Part shown: positions 7,168-16,358 of the stretch, in pieces
How the letters are laid out: each line of letters begins with the position of its first letter
Numbering within the stretch: position 1 is the stretch's first letter
Virus record (IMG/VR): IMGVR_UViG_3300043748_000050
Span: 34,040 to 98,039 of that record
Strand: one strand, 5' to 3'
Length of the DNA stretch: 64,000 bases
From: a virus
Taxonomy: Duplodnaviria; Caudoviricetes
Translations under genes and position numbers: made by a program
The notes under the pieces: model-generated
What the model saw: the letters and a program-made list of their open reading frames with translations, nothing else
Told to the model about the DNA's origin: nothing
The model's database searches: none

Positions 7168-9171
7168 TCACCCGGCGGCTGCCTCCGCGTACAGACTGCC
7201 GGCGATCGCGTAGACCGCCCGCTCCGTAGGCGGGGTGAGCCTCTTCAGCACACCGTCCTCGGCCAGTTGCTCCAGCTCGCCGTACACCCAGCCGCGAGGC
7301 TTGCCGGTCAGCTCCGGGATGTCCTCCAGCGCCTCGAACGTCACCTCGGTCTGGTTGCTGCCGGACAGGATGTTGATCCGGTTGAGCAGCTCCGCACGGG
7401 CGTCGTCGTCGGTCATTTGGTCCCGCACCGGAGCTGCGAAGGTGACGCCCCGGCCGCGCGGCGCGGCCAGCGGTTCGCTTACGTCGATTCCGTCCTCACC
7501 TGCCGTGCCCAGGTCGCTGACCTCGGCAAAGTCGTCGTCCACCGTTCCCTCCACGTCTTGCTCCACGGCCGCCGGAGCGGTCTCGTCCACGACCCCGGCC
7601 GCCAGGATGCGGTAGGACCCGGCGTCCATGTCGGCCCAGAACTCCCGGGTGACCTGCTTCATCTGCTCGCGGTCGGCCGCCTTCACGCGCGGCGCCCGTC
7701 CGTCGATCGCCCAGTGGACCTTGTCCGTGCCCGTGACCTCGGCATACAGCGAACCGGGCGCGTTGTTGGCCCACTTGGTCGGGTCGGCACCCGCTTCGAG
7801 CGTCTCCGCCTCCAGCGAGTACCGCGCGTCCTGCATCTCCTTCTGCCCGTGGGCCAGGCTCTGAGCGAACTGACCTCGGGTTTTCCGGTCGATGTTGTTG
7901 TGCGGCATGGTCTGCATCGACGCGCAGAAGTGCACGCCGACCGACCTGAGTTTGCGCAGGGCCTCGTCGGCTTCCTCGTCCACCACCATCATCACGTCGG
8001 CGGCCTCTTCGATGTCCAGGAAGATGGCCGGGATGCCGTGCAGCGTGTACAGCTCAGGCACCCACTGCTTGTACCCGACTTTGCCGTCCGACCTGGTCAG
8101 TTCACCGAACAGACCTGCCCGGTACTCGATGAGCGGGATGAGGTTGCGCACCAGTTGCTCGGTGGCCTCCCTGGTCTTCGCGGCCAGGCCCAGCACTTCC
8201 TCGATGTCACCGAACGACTGCCGGAACTTGGCCGGGTCGCCGACCACGGGCACCACGTCGATGCGCTCGCGCATCTCGAGAATCGCCGTGCAGATGGTCT
8301 CCGTCTTGCCCGAGCCGGTCATGCCGGTGCACTTCGTGTGGGCCAGTGGCCTGGGGTTTTCGTCGTCCTCGGACCCGACGATCCACCAGTTGATGGACGA
8401 TCCGTCGGTGCGGTCCCCGAGCCAGATCGGGAAGTCCGCGATGGACGCCCCGAGGTGACGCGGGCCGGTCCAGCCAACAGGCTTCGCCTTGCCCGCAGCG
8501 CGGGTGAACGCGATGTCCACCTGACCCTCGTGACCTGCGACTTTGAGCACCTTGACCTGGTCGGCGCCGACGCCAGCGACGGCCGCGATCTGCTCCCGGG
8601 CGTGCTGGGCGTCCGCCGCCGTGGTCGGGGCATCCAGGTGGACCCGGGCGCGCAGCTCGTCCGGCTTCTCCGTGACCGTGCCGACCCGGGCGTCCTTGAA
8701 CGCCCGGACCTTGGCCAGCAGACCACCGTCTTTACCCTCGCTGACCTGAGACTTGTCGACGTCACGGACGCCGGACAGGGCCGCGTGACGCACGCACCAG
8801 GAGACGCAGAGGACTAGGCTGCCGATCGCCCAGGCCTCGAACACGTCCGCCTGCCACGGCCGGATGGCGATGGCGAAGATGGACCAGGTCAGCACGGCAA
8901 CGGTGAACACCGTGACCATGGCCCGGGTCTCCTGTCGGCGTACCGCCCAGGACTTCCAGGTGACGTACCCCAGGTACATGAAGCCGGCGGTGAGGAACGC
9001 CATCCACAGGTTGCCGTGCGCGTTGCGGGCGACGACGACGTGGAGTATGGCGGACAGCAGCCAGACGGCCACGACGACGACCCACGGCAGCACGTACGAG
9101 GTGAGGCGTTCAGGCACCCTGAGCAGGGCTGTTGCCCGCAGGCGGGGCGCGTTGTTCGACACTTCCTCCAC
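7168..9171 (-). CDS. traB: FtsK/SpoIIIE-family conjugative DNA translocase (Streptomyces TraB type)
   Basis: N-terminal TM helices, Walker A GMTGSGKT, Walker B IFLDIEE, RSVGVH..SMQ, C-terminal wHTH. Confidence 0.8.
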   Translation of the reverse strand: MEEVSNNAPRLRATALLRVPERLTSYVLPWVVVVAVWLLSAILHVVVARNAHGNLWMAFLTAGFMYLGYVTWKSWAVRRQETRAMVTVFTVAVLTWSIFAIAIRPWQADVFEAWAIGSLVLCVSWCVRHAALSGVRDVDKSQVSEGKDGGLLAKVRAFKDARVGTVTEKPDELRARVHLDAPTTAADAQHAREQIAAVAGVGADQVKVLKVAGHEGQVDIAFTRAAGKAKPVGWTGPRHLGASIADFPIWLGDRTDGSSINWWIVGSEDDENPRPLAHTKCTGMTGSGKTETICTAILEMRERIDVVPVVGDPAKFRQSFGDIEEVLGLAAKTREATEQLVRNLIPLIEYRAGLFGELTRSDGKVGYKQWVPELYTLHGIPAIFLDIEEAADVMMVVDEEADEALRKLRSVGVHFCASMQTMPHNNIDRKTRGQFAQSLAHGQKEMQDARYSLEAETLEAGADPTKWANNAPGSLYAEVTGTDKVHWAIDGRAPRVKAADREQMKQVTREFWADMDAGSYRILAAGVVDETAPAAVEQDVEGTVDDDFAEVSDLGTAGEDGIDVSEPLAAPRGRGVTFAAPVRDQMTDDDARAELLNRINILSGSNQTEVTFEALEDIPELTGKPRGWVYGELEQLAEDGVLKRLTPPTERAVYAIAGSLYAEAAAG

Positions 9172-9176
9172 CCCTC

Positions 9177-9794
9177 TCAGACCGACTCAAGGCGGAATCC
9201 GCCACGACGCCCGGGACGGTTGACCTTGCTGCCCTTCTCGCTGTCCAGATTGGACAGGAATGTGTCGAATCGGCGCCAGGCCTTGGTCGCGCTGACCGCA
9301 CCGGCCACGCACGCCTTGGTCACCCCGTCCAGGTCACGGCTGAGGTCGTGCAGTGCCTTGACCAGCGCGGCCTGCTGAGTCAGCGTCAGCCGCTCGTCGC
9401 TCGCCTGCCTTGCCTGCTGCCTCGCAGCCGCCTTGAGCTGGCCCTTTGCCAGCTCGGTGGAGACAGCGAAGTAGTGCAGCACCTTGCGGATGGCCTCGCA
9501 GTACGCGTGGATGTCGGTCTCGTTGCTCAGCTCCATGTCGCCGATGGACTGCGCGAGTTGAGAGATGCTCTGTCCTCGGGAGCCGCCGAGCCCGGACGAC
9601 GCCCGACGCGGCCCGGCACCCTGGCTGACCTGCCCGTTTCCGTACTGCGCATTGCCTACGCTGGAGTTTTGGGACGGCATCGGGTGGCCGTTGCCCTGGA
9701 GCCCGAGGTTGCGCAGCTCCTCGGCGGACTTGCCGTGCGCCCGGCCTGCCGCCGTGAACGGGGACGGGGGCGCACCTGTGTTGTTACCGCTCAT
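9177..9794 (-). CDS. traA: plasmid transfer protein TraA-like
   Basis: Gly/Ser-rich N-terminus, LSNETDIHAYCE, helical body; immediately upstream of traB. Confidence 0.55.
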   Translation of the reverse strand: MSGNNTGAPPSPFTAAGRAHGKSAEELRNLGLQGNGHPMPSQNSSVGNAQYGNGQVSQGAGPRRASSGLGGSRGQSISQLAQSIGDMELSNETDIHAYCEAIRKVLHYFAVSTELAKGQLKAAARQQARQASDERLTLTQQAALVKALHDLSRDLDGVTKACVAGAVSATKAWRRFDTFLSNLDSEKGSKVNRPGRRGGFRLESV

Positions 9795-9964
9795 TCCTGG
9801 TTCCTCTTCCTTGGTCGAAGGCGAAAGCCTCACCAGGGTCATCCCCAGTGAGGCTTTACCTAAATCAAGCGTCCCGCGATTGGCCGCGATGCGCAATCAG
9901 TTCTTCGGCCCGTCAGGACCGCACGCCGGACGAGAGTCATCCGCTTTCGCCCCGGACCGCCCGT

Positions 9965-10230
9965 AAGGCTTTCGCTGGCGACCCGCAAGCTCGGGCACCG
10001 AGAGCGCAAGGGCGAGAGCCTTGCGGCCGAGCCGAGCGAAAGCCCCGGGGGGCGCAAGACGCAAGCTCTCGGCCCGGGGCGAGAGCGAAAGCCGGCGAGC
10101 CGGGACGCAAGGCGCAAGCGAGAGCGGGACCGAGAGCTTTCGGCGCACGCGGTCCGCACGGCCTGGGCCGAGAGCATCCGTACCGCCGCAAGCCCCGTAC
10201 AGCCGGGGTGAAAACGGCGAGAGCCGCAGC
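9965..10230. repeat. dense CG(A/C)(A/G)AGC heptamer repeat region
   Basis: More than 15 CGAGAGC/CGAAAGC/CGCAAGC copies in both orientations, continuing into the 3' end of 10289-11314. Confidence 0.65.
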
Positions 10231-10288
10231 CGGCGCACGGTTGCTTGCGCCTGGTCTGCGGCTCCCTGAGAGCTGCGGTACGGCCCCG

Positions 10289-11314
10289 CTACGATCCGTT
10301 CGTCGCCAGCTTGCGCAGGGCGGCACGGTGCGCACGGATGCTGTCGCCGGTGACGCTCACACCGACCAGGGACAGCACGTCCGAAAGCTCCCGTGCGGTC
10401 AGGCCCGGGTTCAGGCTGTCGGCTTTCGCCACGGCGTCTCGCTTCGAAAGCTCGGACCAGGCCGGGGGCTCGTGCGAAAGCAGCCCGGCCGCGTACGCCG
10501 TGACGTCGATTGCGGGCTTGCGGTCCAGGCTTTCGGTGCTCTCGCTCTCGGTCTTTCGGTCCTCTCGCGCGAGGCTTTCGGTCCTTGCGCTTTCGGCGAG
10601 AGCGAGAGACGAGGACCAGTCGTGGCGCACGTCGATGCCGGCGAGAGACACGACGGACTTCCTCCGGACGACGCGCGCGACGATGGCCGCCTCAGCCTGG
10701 TCCGCGTCGACGGGGGAGAGGCCATGACGCGCGGCGTCAATCTGTCCAGCGAGCCGCGCCCGCAGCCGGGCATGCCTGTTGCTGCCCGGCTTGGCGGAGG
10801 CGACCCGGTCGGCGAGAGCGACGGCCCGGTCGGCCGCACGGCTGCGTGCGATGGCGGCCGAGTCGATGCCGCGCCGGCCGATGCCGAGGTACGCGGTCAG
10901 CCGCTCACGCAGCTCCCGCAGGGCGGAGGCCACCAGGCCGTCCGACTTCCGGCCGGACATCTTCAGGTCGAGTCCGAGCAGCAAGTGGAGCATGACGGCC
11001 AGCAGAACCGGGCCGAAGATGACGCGGACCGGGCCGCCGACTCCGCCGGAGATCTTGAAGGCGGGGATGGCCTGGGCGAGGACGGCCACGTAGGCCAGGT
11101 ACGCGGGCGCCTTGGTCTTGGTGGCCCACGAGTACACGGTGAGTGCGACGATGGCGGACTCGGCGGTGCCGCACAGCGCGAGACGTTCGCCGTGGCCCGT
11201 GATCTGGAGGGCCTTGCCGAGAAAGCGGTACGAAGTGTCGGCGCTCATGCCGATGCCGAGGGTGGTCGGGACGAGGAGTCCGAAGGCCGCAGCCTTCGTG
11301 CGGTTCAGTTCCAT
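10289..11314 (-). CDS. SpdB/DUF2637-like membrane transfer/spread protein
   Basis: Several N-terminal TM helices, coiled middle, C-terminal HTH-like region; upstream of traA-traB. Confidence 0.6.
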   Translation of the reverse strand: MELNRTKAAAFGLLVPTTLGIGMSADTSYRFLGKALQITGHGERLALCGTAESAIVALTVYSWATKTKAPAYLAYVAVLAQAIPAFKISGGVGGPVRVIFGPVLLAVMLHLLLGLDLKMSGRKSDGLVASALRELRERLTAYLGIGRRGIDSAAIARSRAADRAVALADRVASAKPGSNRHARLRARLAGQIDAARHGLSPVDADQAEAAIVARVVRRKSVVSLAGIDVRHDWSSSLALAESARTESLAREDRKTESESTESLDRKPAIDVTAYAAGLLSHEPPAWSELSKRDAVAKADSLNPGLTARELSDVLSLVGVSVTGDSIRAHRAALRKLATNGS

Positions 11315-11342
11315 GGTCGATTCCTAGATTCCGTGGTCGGGA

Positions 11343-11358
11343 TGATTTCCTTAAATCA
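11343..11358. promoter_or_regulatory. 16-bp conserved inverted repeat overlapping a -10 (TAGGAT on minus strand)
   Basis: TGATTTCCTTAAATCA. Confidence 0.7.
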
Positions 11359-11403
11359 TCCTACACGGACTCCCTGCCCCGGCAACAGTCAGATCATGCC
11401 GAG

Positions 11404-11431
11404 AAGCCCCTACGGGAATCCCGCAGGGGCT
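11404..11431. terminator. terminator hairpin
   Basis: AGCCCCTACGGG/CCCGCAGGGGCT. Confidence 0.6.
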
Positions 11432-11465
11432 GACTGTGAGCTGTTTGTCCGGTTCTGTCGGTAGG

Positions 11466-11708
11466 TCAGATGCCGTCGCCGTTCAGGTCTCGCCACGCAC
11501 GACGGTCACGCATCTCGTAGTCGGACTGCCCCTGCTCGCCGAGACGGTCCAGCTCCTTGGCCCACGCGATGAGCAACGCGCGGTCCCGGAAGGACATCGC
11601 GGCGATGACGCGCCGGGCGTCCTGCGGGCTGTCCGCGATGACAGCGGCGAACGCGTCCTTCGCGGCTGCCTCGGCGTTCGGAGCCTGTACTTCGGTCTGC
11701 TTCTCCAT
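11466..11708 (-). CDS. hypothetical protein (80 aa)
   Basis: Palindrome + GACCAAGGAA + RBS upstream. Confidence 0.7.
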   Translation of the reverse strand: MEKQTEVQAPNAEAAAKDAFAAVIADSPQDARRVIAAMSFRDRALLIAWAKELDRLGEQGQSDYEMRDRRAWRDLNGDGI

Positions 11709-11734
11709 GGGTTTACCTTCCTCGTTCCTTGGTC

Positions 11735-11750
11735 TGATTTCCTTAAATCA
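11735..11750. promoter_or_regulatory. 16-bp conserved inverted repeat
   Basis: TGATTTCCTTAAATCA, with TACGCT -10-like box overlapping its edge. Confidence 0.7.
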
Positions 11751-11778
11751 GCGTACCCGGCGGTGAACCGACGCAACC

Positions 11779-12045
11779 TCAGCCTTGCGTCTTCAGCTGC
11801 GCCCCGATGGCGGCCAGGTCCTCGTCGGGCACCGTTCCGTCGCGCCAGGCAACCTCCCCGTCGACCGCCCCGCGAACAGGGTCTTCGGGAGCAACTGCGA
11901 TCCAGACGTCCGGGTTGGCGGGCCCCCACCCGTGTTCGGCGGCCCACCTCTGGATGTCGTCCGGGATCGCGACACCCAGCGGGCCGGGGTCGGCGACGAG
12001 GGACGTACGGGCCTCACCGCGCATGACAGACCAGGTGACGTTCAC
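11779..12045 (-). CDS. hypothetical protein (88 aa)
   Basis: AAGGAAGG RBS; palindrome upstream. Confidence 0.65.
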   Translation of the reverse strand: MNVTWSVMRGEARTSLVADPGPLGVAIPDDIQRWAAEHGWGPANPDVWIAVAPEDPVRGAVDGEVAWRDGTVPDEDLAAIGAQLKTQG

Positions 12046-12064
12046 GATCGCCCTTCCTTTCCGT

Positions 12065-12080
12065 TGATTTGATTAAATCA
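12065..12080. promoter_or_regulatory. 16-bp conserved inverted repeat
   Basis: TGATTTGATTAAATCA, with TAGGGT -10 on minus strand. Confidence 0.75.
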
Positions 12081-12107
12081 CCCTACACCCAGTCCCGGGT
12101 AGGGAAA

Positions 12108-12133
12108 AGCCCCTGCGGAAGACCGTAGGGGCT
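12108..12133. terminator. terminator hairpin
   Basis: AGCCCCTGCGG/CCGTAGGGGCT. Confidence 0.6.
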
Positions 12134-12157
12134 CATCGTGTCGTGTCTGCACGCCGC

Positions 12158-12466
12158 TCAGGCGTCCCCGGTGCACGGGTGTCCCGGGCTGAACGGGTCA
12201 GGGTGGTCGTCCGCGACACCGTGGGGCCGGAAGGGGTCGACGGTACCGGGGATGTTCGTGGCCATCTCGCTGTACCAGAAGTCGATGATCTCTATCTCGG
12301 CGAGCGGGACCCCTTCGGCCCGTGCGACGTCGTGTGCGGCCGCCGCGCGCAACTTCACCTCGTCACACCGCTCGTCACAGTTCGCGTCCCCGTGGATGTC
12401 CCGCACCCTGCCCCGGTACTCCACGGTGCCGCCGTAGACGTATCCGTACCTCCGACGCCCCGTCAC
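12158..12466 (-). CDS. hypothetical protein
   Basis: GTGA coupling to upstream gene. Confidence 0.55.
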   Translation of the reverse strand: MTGRRRYGYVYGGTVEYRGRVRDIHGDANCDERCDEVKLRAAAAHDVARAEGVPLAEIEIIDFWYSEMATNIPGTVDPFRPHGVADDHPDPFSPGHPCTGDA

Positions 12467-12789
12467 CGCAGGTACTCCGAGCTGGCGCTGATGGTCCACA
12501 CACGCTCACCGGAACGGCTCGCGCAGCGCAGGACGCCGACCCCCTCCAGGACGATCAGGTGATCCCCGACCCAAGGCAGCGGCCGGCCGGCGCGCTTCGC
12601 GGTCTCCTCGAAGTCGGCCAGGGCGAACGTCCGCACGCCCCGGTCGTTCAGTTGGGCGATACGCTCCCGGACGCAGGCGGCCAGGGACGGCCGAGGACCA
12701 GATAGGTGCTGTCGTACGGTCAGTTCCCCCGGCTCGGTGGCCGGAGGGAGTCCGGTCGTGGCGGTGGTGGGCGTCACGACTTCCTCCAT
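12463..12789 (-). CDS. winged-HTH-like hypothetical protein
   Basis: FALADF...GRPLPWV..HL..LE..GVL resembles the TraB C-terminus and 6531-6920. Confidence 0.55.
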   Translation of the reverse strand: MEEVVTPTTATTGLPPATEPGELTVRQHLSGPRPSLAACVRERIAQLNDRGVRTFALADFEETAKRAGRPLPWVGDHLIVLEGVGVLRCASRSGERVWTISASSEYLR

Positions 12790-12795
12790 CCGTGT

Positions 12796-13476
12796 TCAGG
12801 TTGTCATTGGACTAATCAAGCCCTTGCCGCCAGTGTTCCCCGCGTGCACGTTCCACGTCCATGTTTTCGCGTCAAGGTGCTCGAACCGGGCGCCGGCGTC
12901 GAGCAGGCGGACCAGATAGTCCTCGTCCTCCCCACGGTAGCGCCGACCGATACCCTCCGTGGTCACGTCCCGGCCAGGGCGGAAACCGCCGATCCGGCGG
13001 ACCATCTCGGTTCTGACCAGGTGCGTCATCGGGATGAAGCTTCCGAACTTGCGCAAGTGGGCTTCCTGTTCAGGGCCGAAACGCACACCCCACGGCAGCA
13101 CCCACTGGCCCTGCACGGACACGGCCGTCGGATCCTGGCCCCCACGCACCACGGGTGTCGGGTAGACCAGGTCGGGCTTTTCGGGGGACTGCTCCATCAC
13201 GCGCATGCACGCTTTGATATGTCCGCTCAGAAATTGGTCATCGTCGTCTAGCCAGGCCACGACATCCGAAGTGACTCGTTCCAGTGCTCGGTTACGCGCC
13301 TGGTCGGCCCCGGTGCGCAGGCTGTCGCGTTCCACGACGACCTGGTCTGGTCGGCGGGTCTGCGCTCGCACGGACGCCAGAGCACGCTCCAGCATGGCCT
13401 CACGGCCCGGAATTGTAGGTATCACCACGGCGACAGTCAGGCCGCGTCGGTCGTGGTTTCGTTTGTGCTCACCCAT
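12796..13476 (-). CDS. glycosyltransferase family 2
   Basis: VAVVIPTIPGR..LERALASVRAQT, WLDDDD, GEDED; paralog of 1006-1590. Confidence 0.85.
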   Translation of the reverse strand: MGEHKRNHDRRGLTVAVVIPTIPGREAMLERALASVRAQTRRPDQVVVERDSLRTGADQARNRALERVTSDVVAWLDDDDQFLSGHIKACMRVMEQSPEKPDLVYPTPVVRGGQDPTAVSVQGQWVLPWGVRFGPEQEAHLRKFGSFIPMTHLVRTEMVRRIGGFRPGRDVTTEGIGRRYRGEDEDYLVRLLDAGARFEHLDAKTWTWNVHAGNTGGKGLISPMTT

Positions 13477-14078
13477 TTATCGTCCTTGTGCGGGCAAACC
13501 CCGCCGTTGTGGTATCGGCCGTTGTTGCAGTTCCAGCACATGGCTTGGAGAAGATCCGGGAAACCGTTCTCCTCGGCCCAGGCATAGACGCGAGACGACG
13601 CTTTTCCGTGACCAAGCGCCCGTCGGTGTTCCGCTCCGTCCCCGTTCTTGTGGTCAAGGGTCAGCAAACCGAGGTTCCGTTCCCCGCAGCACACGCAAAC
13701 GCCGCCGTATGCGAGCAGGACCCGGATCTTCCGGGCCCTGTGTTTGGTCGAGCAATACTTGCGGATCCTCTCCCGGTTCTCCTCGTAGTACTCCTTCCTC
13801 CTGGAGGCGTAACGCTCCACGTTGTCCTGTAGGTGCTTTTTGCCGTAGTCGCGCTGACACGGCTTGCAGATGTACGAACGTCCGTCAGGAGAGTTGTTCT
13901 GCTTGTGGAACTGGTCGACGGACTTCACCTCGCGGCATCGCACACACTCCTTGGGCTCCCCGAGTTTCGATGAGCACTCTTCGCATATTCTCTTGTGCCG
14001 GTTCCCCTCCCCGCGCGGAAAGGACGAACTTGGCTTCCGTAAGCGGCACCTGACGCACAGAATCGTGTCTCTTGTCAC
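13437..14078 (-). CDS. HNH-type endonuclease with N-terminal Zn-ribbons (probably mobile)
   Basis: CxxC repeats, AYGGVCVCCG, TLDHKNG, LQAMCWNCN; lower GC than neighbours. Confidence 0.75.
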   Translation of the reverse strand: MTRDTILCVRCRLRKPSSSFPRGEGNRHKRICEECSSKLGEPKECVRCREVKSVDQFHKQNNSPDGRSYICKPCQRDYGKKHLQDNVERYASRRKEYYEENRERIRKYCSTKHRARKIRVLLAYGGVCVCCGERNLGLLTLDHKNGDGAEHRRALGHGKASSRVYAWAEENGFPDLLQAMCWNCNNGRYHNGGVCPHKDDKWVSTNETTTDAA

Positions 14079-14113
14079 GTGATTTAACTACCCATTTTGA
14101 ATGGGCAAATCAC

Positions 14114-14398
14114 TTAATGAGAGGTGGCGTCTCTTTCAAATTCCGTCCAAGATTCGCGTAGGCTCATTTCGTACGACCCGTACCCTGCTTCCCGGAACCG
14201 CTTCAAGTGCTCTGCGAACGACACGTTGCGGTAGAGCCCTGCACGCCGGTCTCTGGACCATGCTTTGATGCTCCAGCGCTGGTGCGACTGGAGCCATTCG
14301 GCAAAGGTCACACAGTGGCCACCGGAAACCACGGAGCCCCCACAGGCGTCCCGTGGGGGCTCGTCGTCCCGGGCGGCGTCTCCGGGCTGCTGCATCAT
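14114..14398 (-). CDS. hypothetical protein
   Basis: ATGA coupling to upstream gene. Confidence 0.45.
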   Translation of the reverse strand: MMQQPGDAARDDEPPRDACGGSVVSGGHCVTFAEWLQSHQRWSIKAWSRDRRAGLYRNVSFAEHLKRFREAGYGSYEMSLRESWTEFERDATSH

Positions 14399-14661
14399 GA
14401 CTCCCCGGTGGCGACCCATAGGGTGTCCTTGTCGGCGTCGGAGCCCTCCGGGGAGGTCTTCTCGGCCAAGCCCTGCCGGCGCAGCCGGTCGAGGGACAGG
14501 TAGGTCTTGGACTTGTTCAGGTTCATCGCCTCGGCGATGGCGTTGCGCTCCAGGCCGTCCGGGTGGTCCCGCAGGAGCTGAAGGATCGTCTCGTCCCGAC
14601 GGATGGTCTCGGCGGGCCTCGGGCGTCCGCGCTGCGGGCGCTGCTCGGTCATGGTGGTCAT
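14395..14661 (-). CDS. winged-HTH DNA-binding protein
   Basis: ILQLLRDHPDGLERNAIAEAMNLNKSKTYLSLDRLRRQG; palindrome at 14693-14708 upstream. Confidence 0.75.
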   Translation of the reverse strand: MTTMTEQRPQRGRPRPAETIRRDETILQLLRDHPDGLERNAIAEAMNLNKSKTYLSLDRLRRQGLAEKTSPEGSDADKDTLWVATGES

Positions 14662-14730
14662 GGTTCCTTCCTCGGGGTCAGACAGGGGCCGATGATTTAC
14701 CTTAATCGATATGCCCGCCCCTGTCACCGC

Positions 14731-15009
14731 TCAACCCCCGGCGGAAGTCAGCAATCCCGACTCACGCACCAGCTCGCAGGCCCTTTCCACGTCCATCGCC
14801 TCTCGCGCCGCGCCCCAGGTCGTCTGCCTCTTCGGCCGCCACAGCTCCACTTCCGTCGACGGCTCGGCCGGTACCCGTCGCAGCAGCTCCCGGTGCTCCG
14901 CCTCGAGCCGTCGGTGATCCCGCAGCAGCCGGCCGTACGCGTGCAGCAGCCGGAGGTAGTGGCTGCGCAGGTCCCGGGCTCGCATCTTCTCCGCGCCGTG
15001 CCTGCCCAT
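14731..15009 (-). CDS. hypothetical coiled-coil protein
   Basis: ORF track; RBS AAGGG. Confidence 0.55.
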   Translation of the reverse strand: MGRHGAEKMRARDLRSHYLRLLHAYGRLLRDHRRLEAEHRELLRRVPAEPSTEVELWRPKRQTTWGAAREAMDVERACELVRESGLLTSAGG

Positions 15010-15080
15010 CGGTCCGTCCCTTCGCCGGTCCCCGCCCGGCCGGGGACGGTATCAGCGAGAGACTGTCGTACCGAACGGCC

Positions 15081-15551
15081 TCACTTCACGGCGCGGTGCT
15101 GCCAGGCGTCTCGCATGCCGGGGTCGAACGAGGCCGCCTGGGACGCCGCGCGCGAGGCCGGCGCGGTGAGGAACGCGTCCGTGCCTCGGCGGGTGGTCAA
15201 CTTCTCGAGCACCTCGTCCCCGGTGACCAGGCCCTCCCATTCGATCAGGTCTTTCTCCCCGGGGATGACGGACGCGCCGCGCTTGACCACCAGGTACGGC
15301 AACGGGCGGTCGTTGCCCTTCTCGCTGTCCACGGCGAAGATACGGATCTCGGTCCAGCGGCAGGTCGAGCAGTGCGTGCGCGGCGGGGCGAACTCGGTGC
15401 CCGGGTGATTCTGGTGCCGGGGCCGGAACGAACTGCCGAGGCCCAGCAGCTCGCCGGTGATGGTGATAACGCCCCCGTGCTGGTCGTTGATCGTCCAGGT
15501 GCCTTCGCGGCCGACCTCGCCGAGTCCGGGCAGGGGTGTGGGGCTCGTCAT
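15081..15551 (-). CDS. hypothetical phage protein
   Basis: MTSPTPLPG...; HCSTC; GAGGAG RBS. Confidence 0.7.
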   Translation of the reverse strand: MTSPTPLPGLGEVGREGTWTINDQHGGVITITGELLGLGSSFRPRHQNHPGTEFAPPRTHCSTCRWTEIRIFAVDSEKGNDRPLPYLVVKRGASVIPGEKDLIEWEGLVTGDEVLEKLTTRRGTDAFLTAPASRAASQAASFDPGMRDAWQHRAVK

Positions 15552-15710
15552 TGGTCTCAGTCTCCTCAGTCCGTGGTCCTGCTCCGAGCGTACCCATCGG
15601 ATAAACCCCGACATAGTCGGGTCCAGGACGCGTCAAGGAGCGTGACCAGCCAGCCTAGCGGGTACGTGTGATTTAACGAAATGACCTGGTATGGGGTGGA
15701 GGACCAAGGA

Positions 15711-16280
15711 ATGCGGATCATGGGACTAGACCTGTCGATGACGGCCACCGGCGTGGCCTTCCCGGACGGCAGTACGGCTGTCATCAAGCCCAGCGGCGAG
15801 GGCGACGCCCGGCTGCTCAGCATCGAGGCGTGGACGGACAAGGCCATCGCCGTGGCCCGGCCACAGCTCGCCGTGATCGAGCAGTTCGGGGCGTTCCAGG
15901 GCTCCGCCGCTCGGACGGTCCCGATGGTGCACGCCGTGGTCCGGATGCGCCTCATGCACGCGGGGATCCCGTACGTGCTGTTCACCCCACAGACGCTGAA
16001 GACCTTCGCCACCGGGCGGCACACCGCTGACAAGGCCGCCATGATGCTGGCCGCCTTCAAACGAATGGGCCGCGAGTTCACCGACGACAACGAATGCGAC
16101 GCCGCGTGGCTGCGCGCGGCCGGCCACTACGCCTACGGCGAGCCGGTCGTGGACCTGCCGAAGTCACACACGGAGGCCCTGCACAAGGTGATCTGGCCGC
16201 GCATAGCCGGCGCCGGCGAGCCGATCACCCACGTGGCGGCAAAGAAGCCGACCCGCCGACGGCGAGCCGTGGCGGCCTGA
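15711..16280 (+). CDS. RuvC-like Holliday junction resolvase
   Basis: MRIMGLDLS, VIEQ, LKTFATG..TADK, DDNECDA. Confidence 0.85.
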   Translation: MRIMGLDLSMTATGVAFPDGSTAVIKPSGEGDARLLSIEAWTDKAIAVARPQLAVIEQFGAFQGSAARTVPMVHAVVRMRLMHAGIPYVLFTPQTLKTFATGRHTADKAAMMLAAFKRMGREFTDDNECDAAWLRAAGHYAYGEPVVDLPKSHTEALHKVIWPRIAGAGEPITHVAAKKPTRRRRAVAA

Positions 16281-16297
16281 CATGATGCCGGGCACGG

Positions 16298-16332
16298 GAA
16301 GACCCCCGGGAGCGCCCTTCCCGGGGGTCTTC
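16298..16332. terminator. bidirectional terminator between convergent genes
   Basis: GAAGACCCCCGGG/CCCGGGGGTCTTC. Confidence 0.75.
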
Positions 16333-16358
16333 TCTGGGGCATTGTGCCCCGGATTCGA

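Noticed and set aside
9965-10230. Possible CRISPR array
   Set aside because: Repeats are 7 bp, irregularly spaced and bidirectional; no cas operon
9897-10238. 113-aa minus ORF and overlapping ORFs in the heptamer region
   Set aside because: Low-complexity translation of DNA repeats; no RBS
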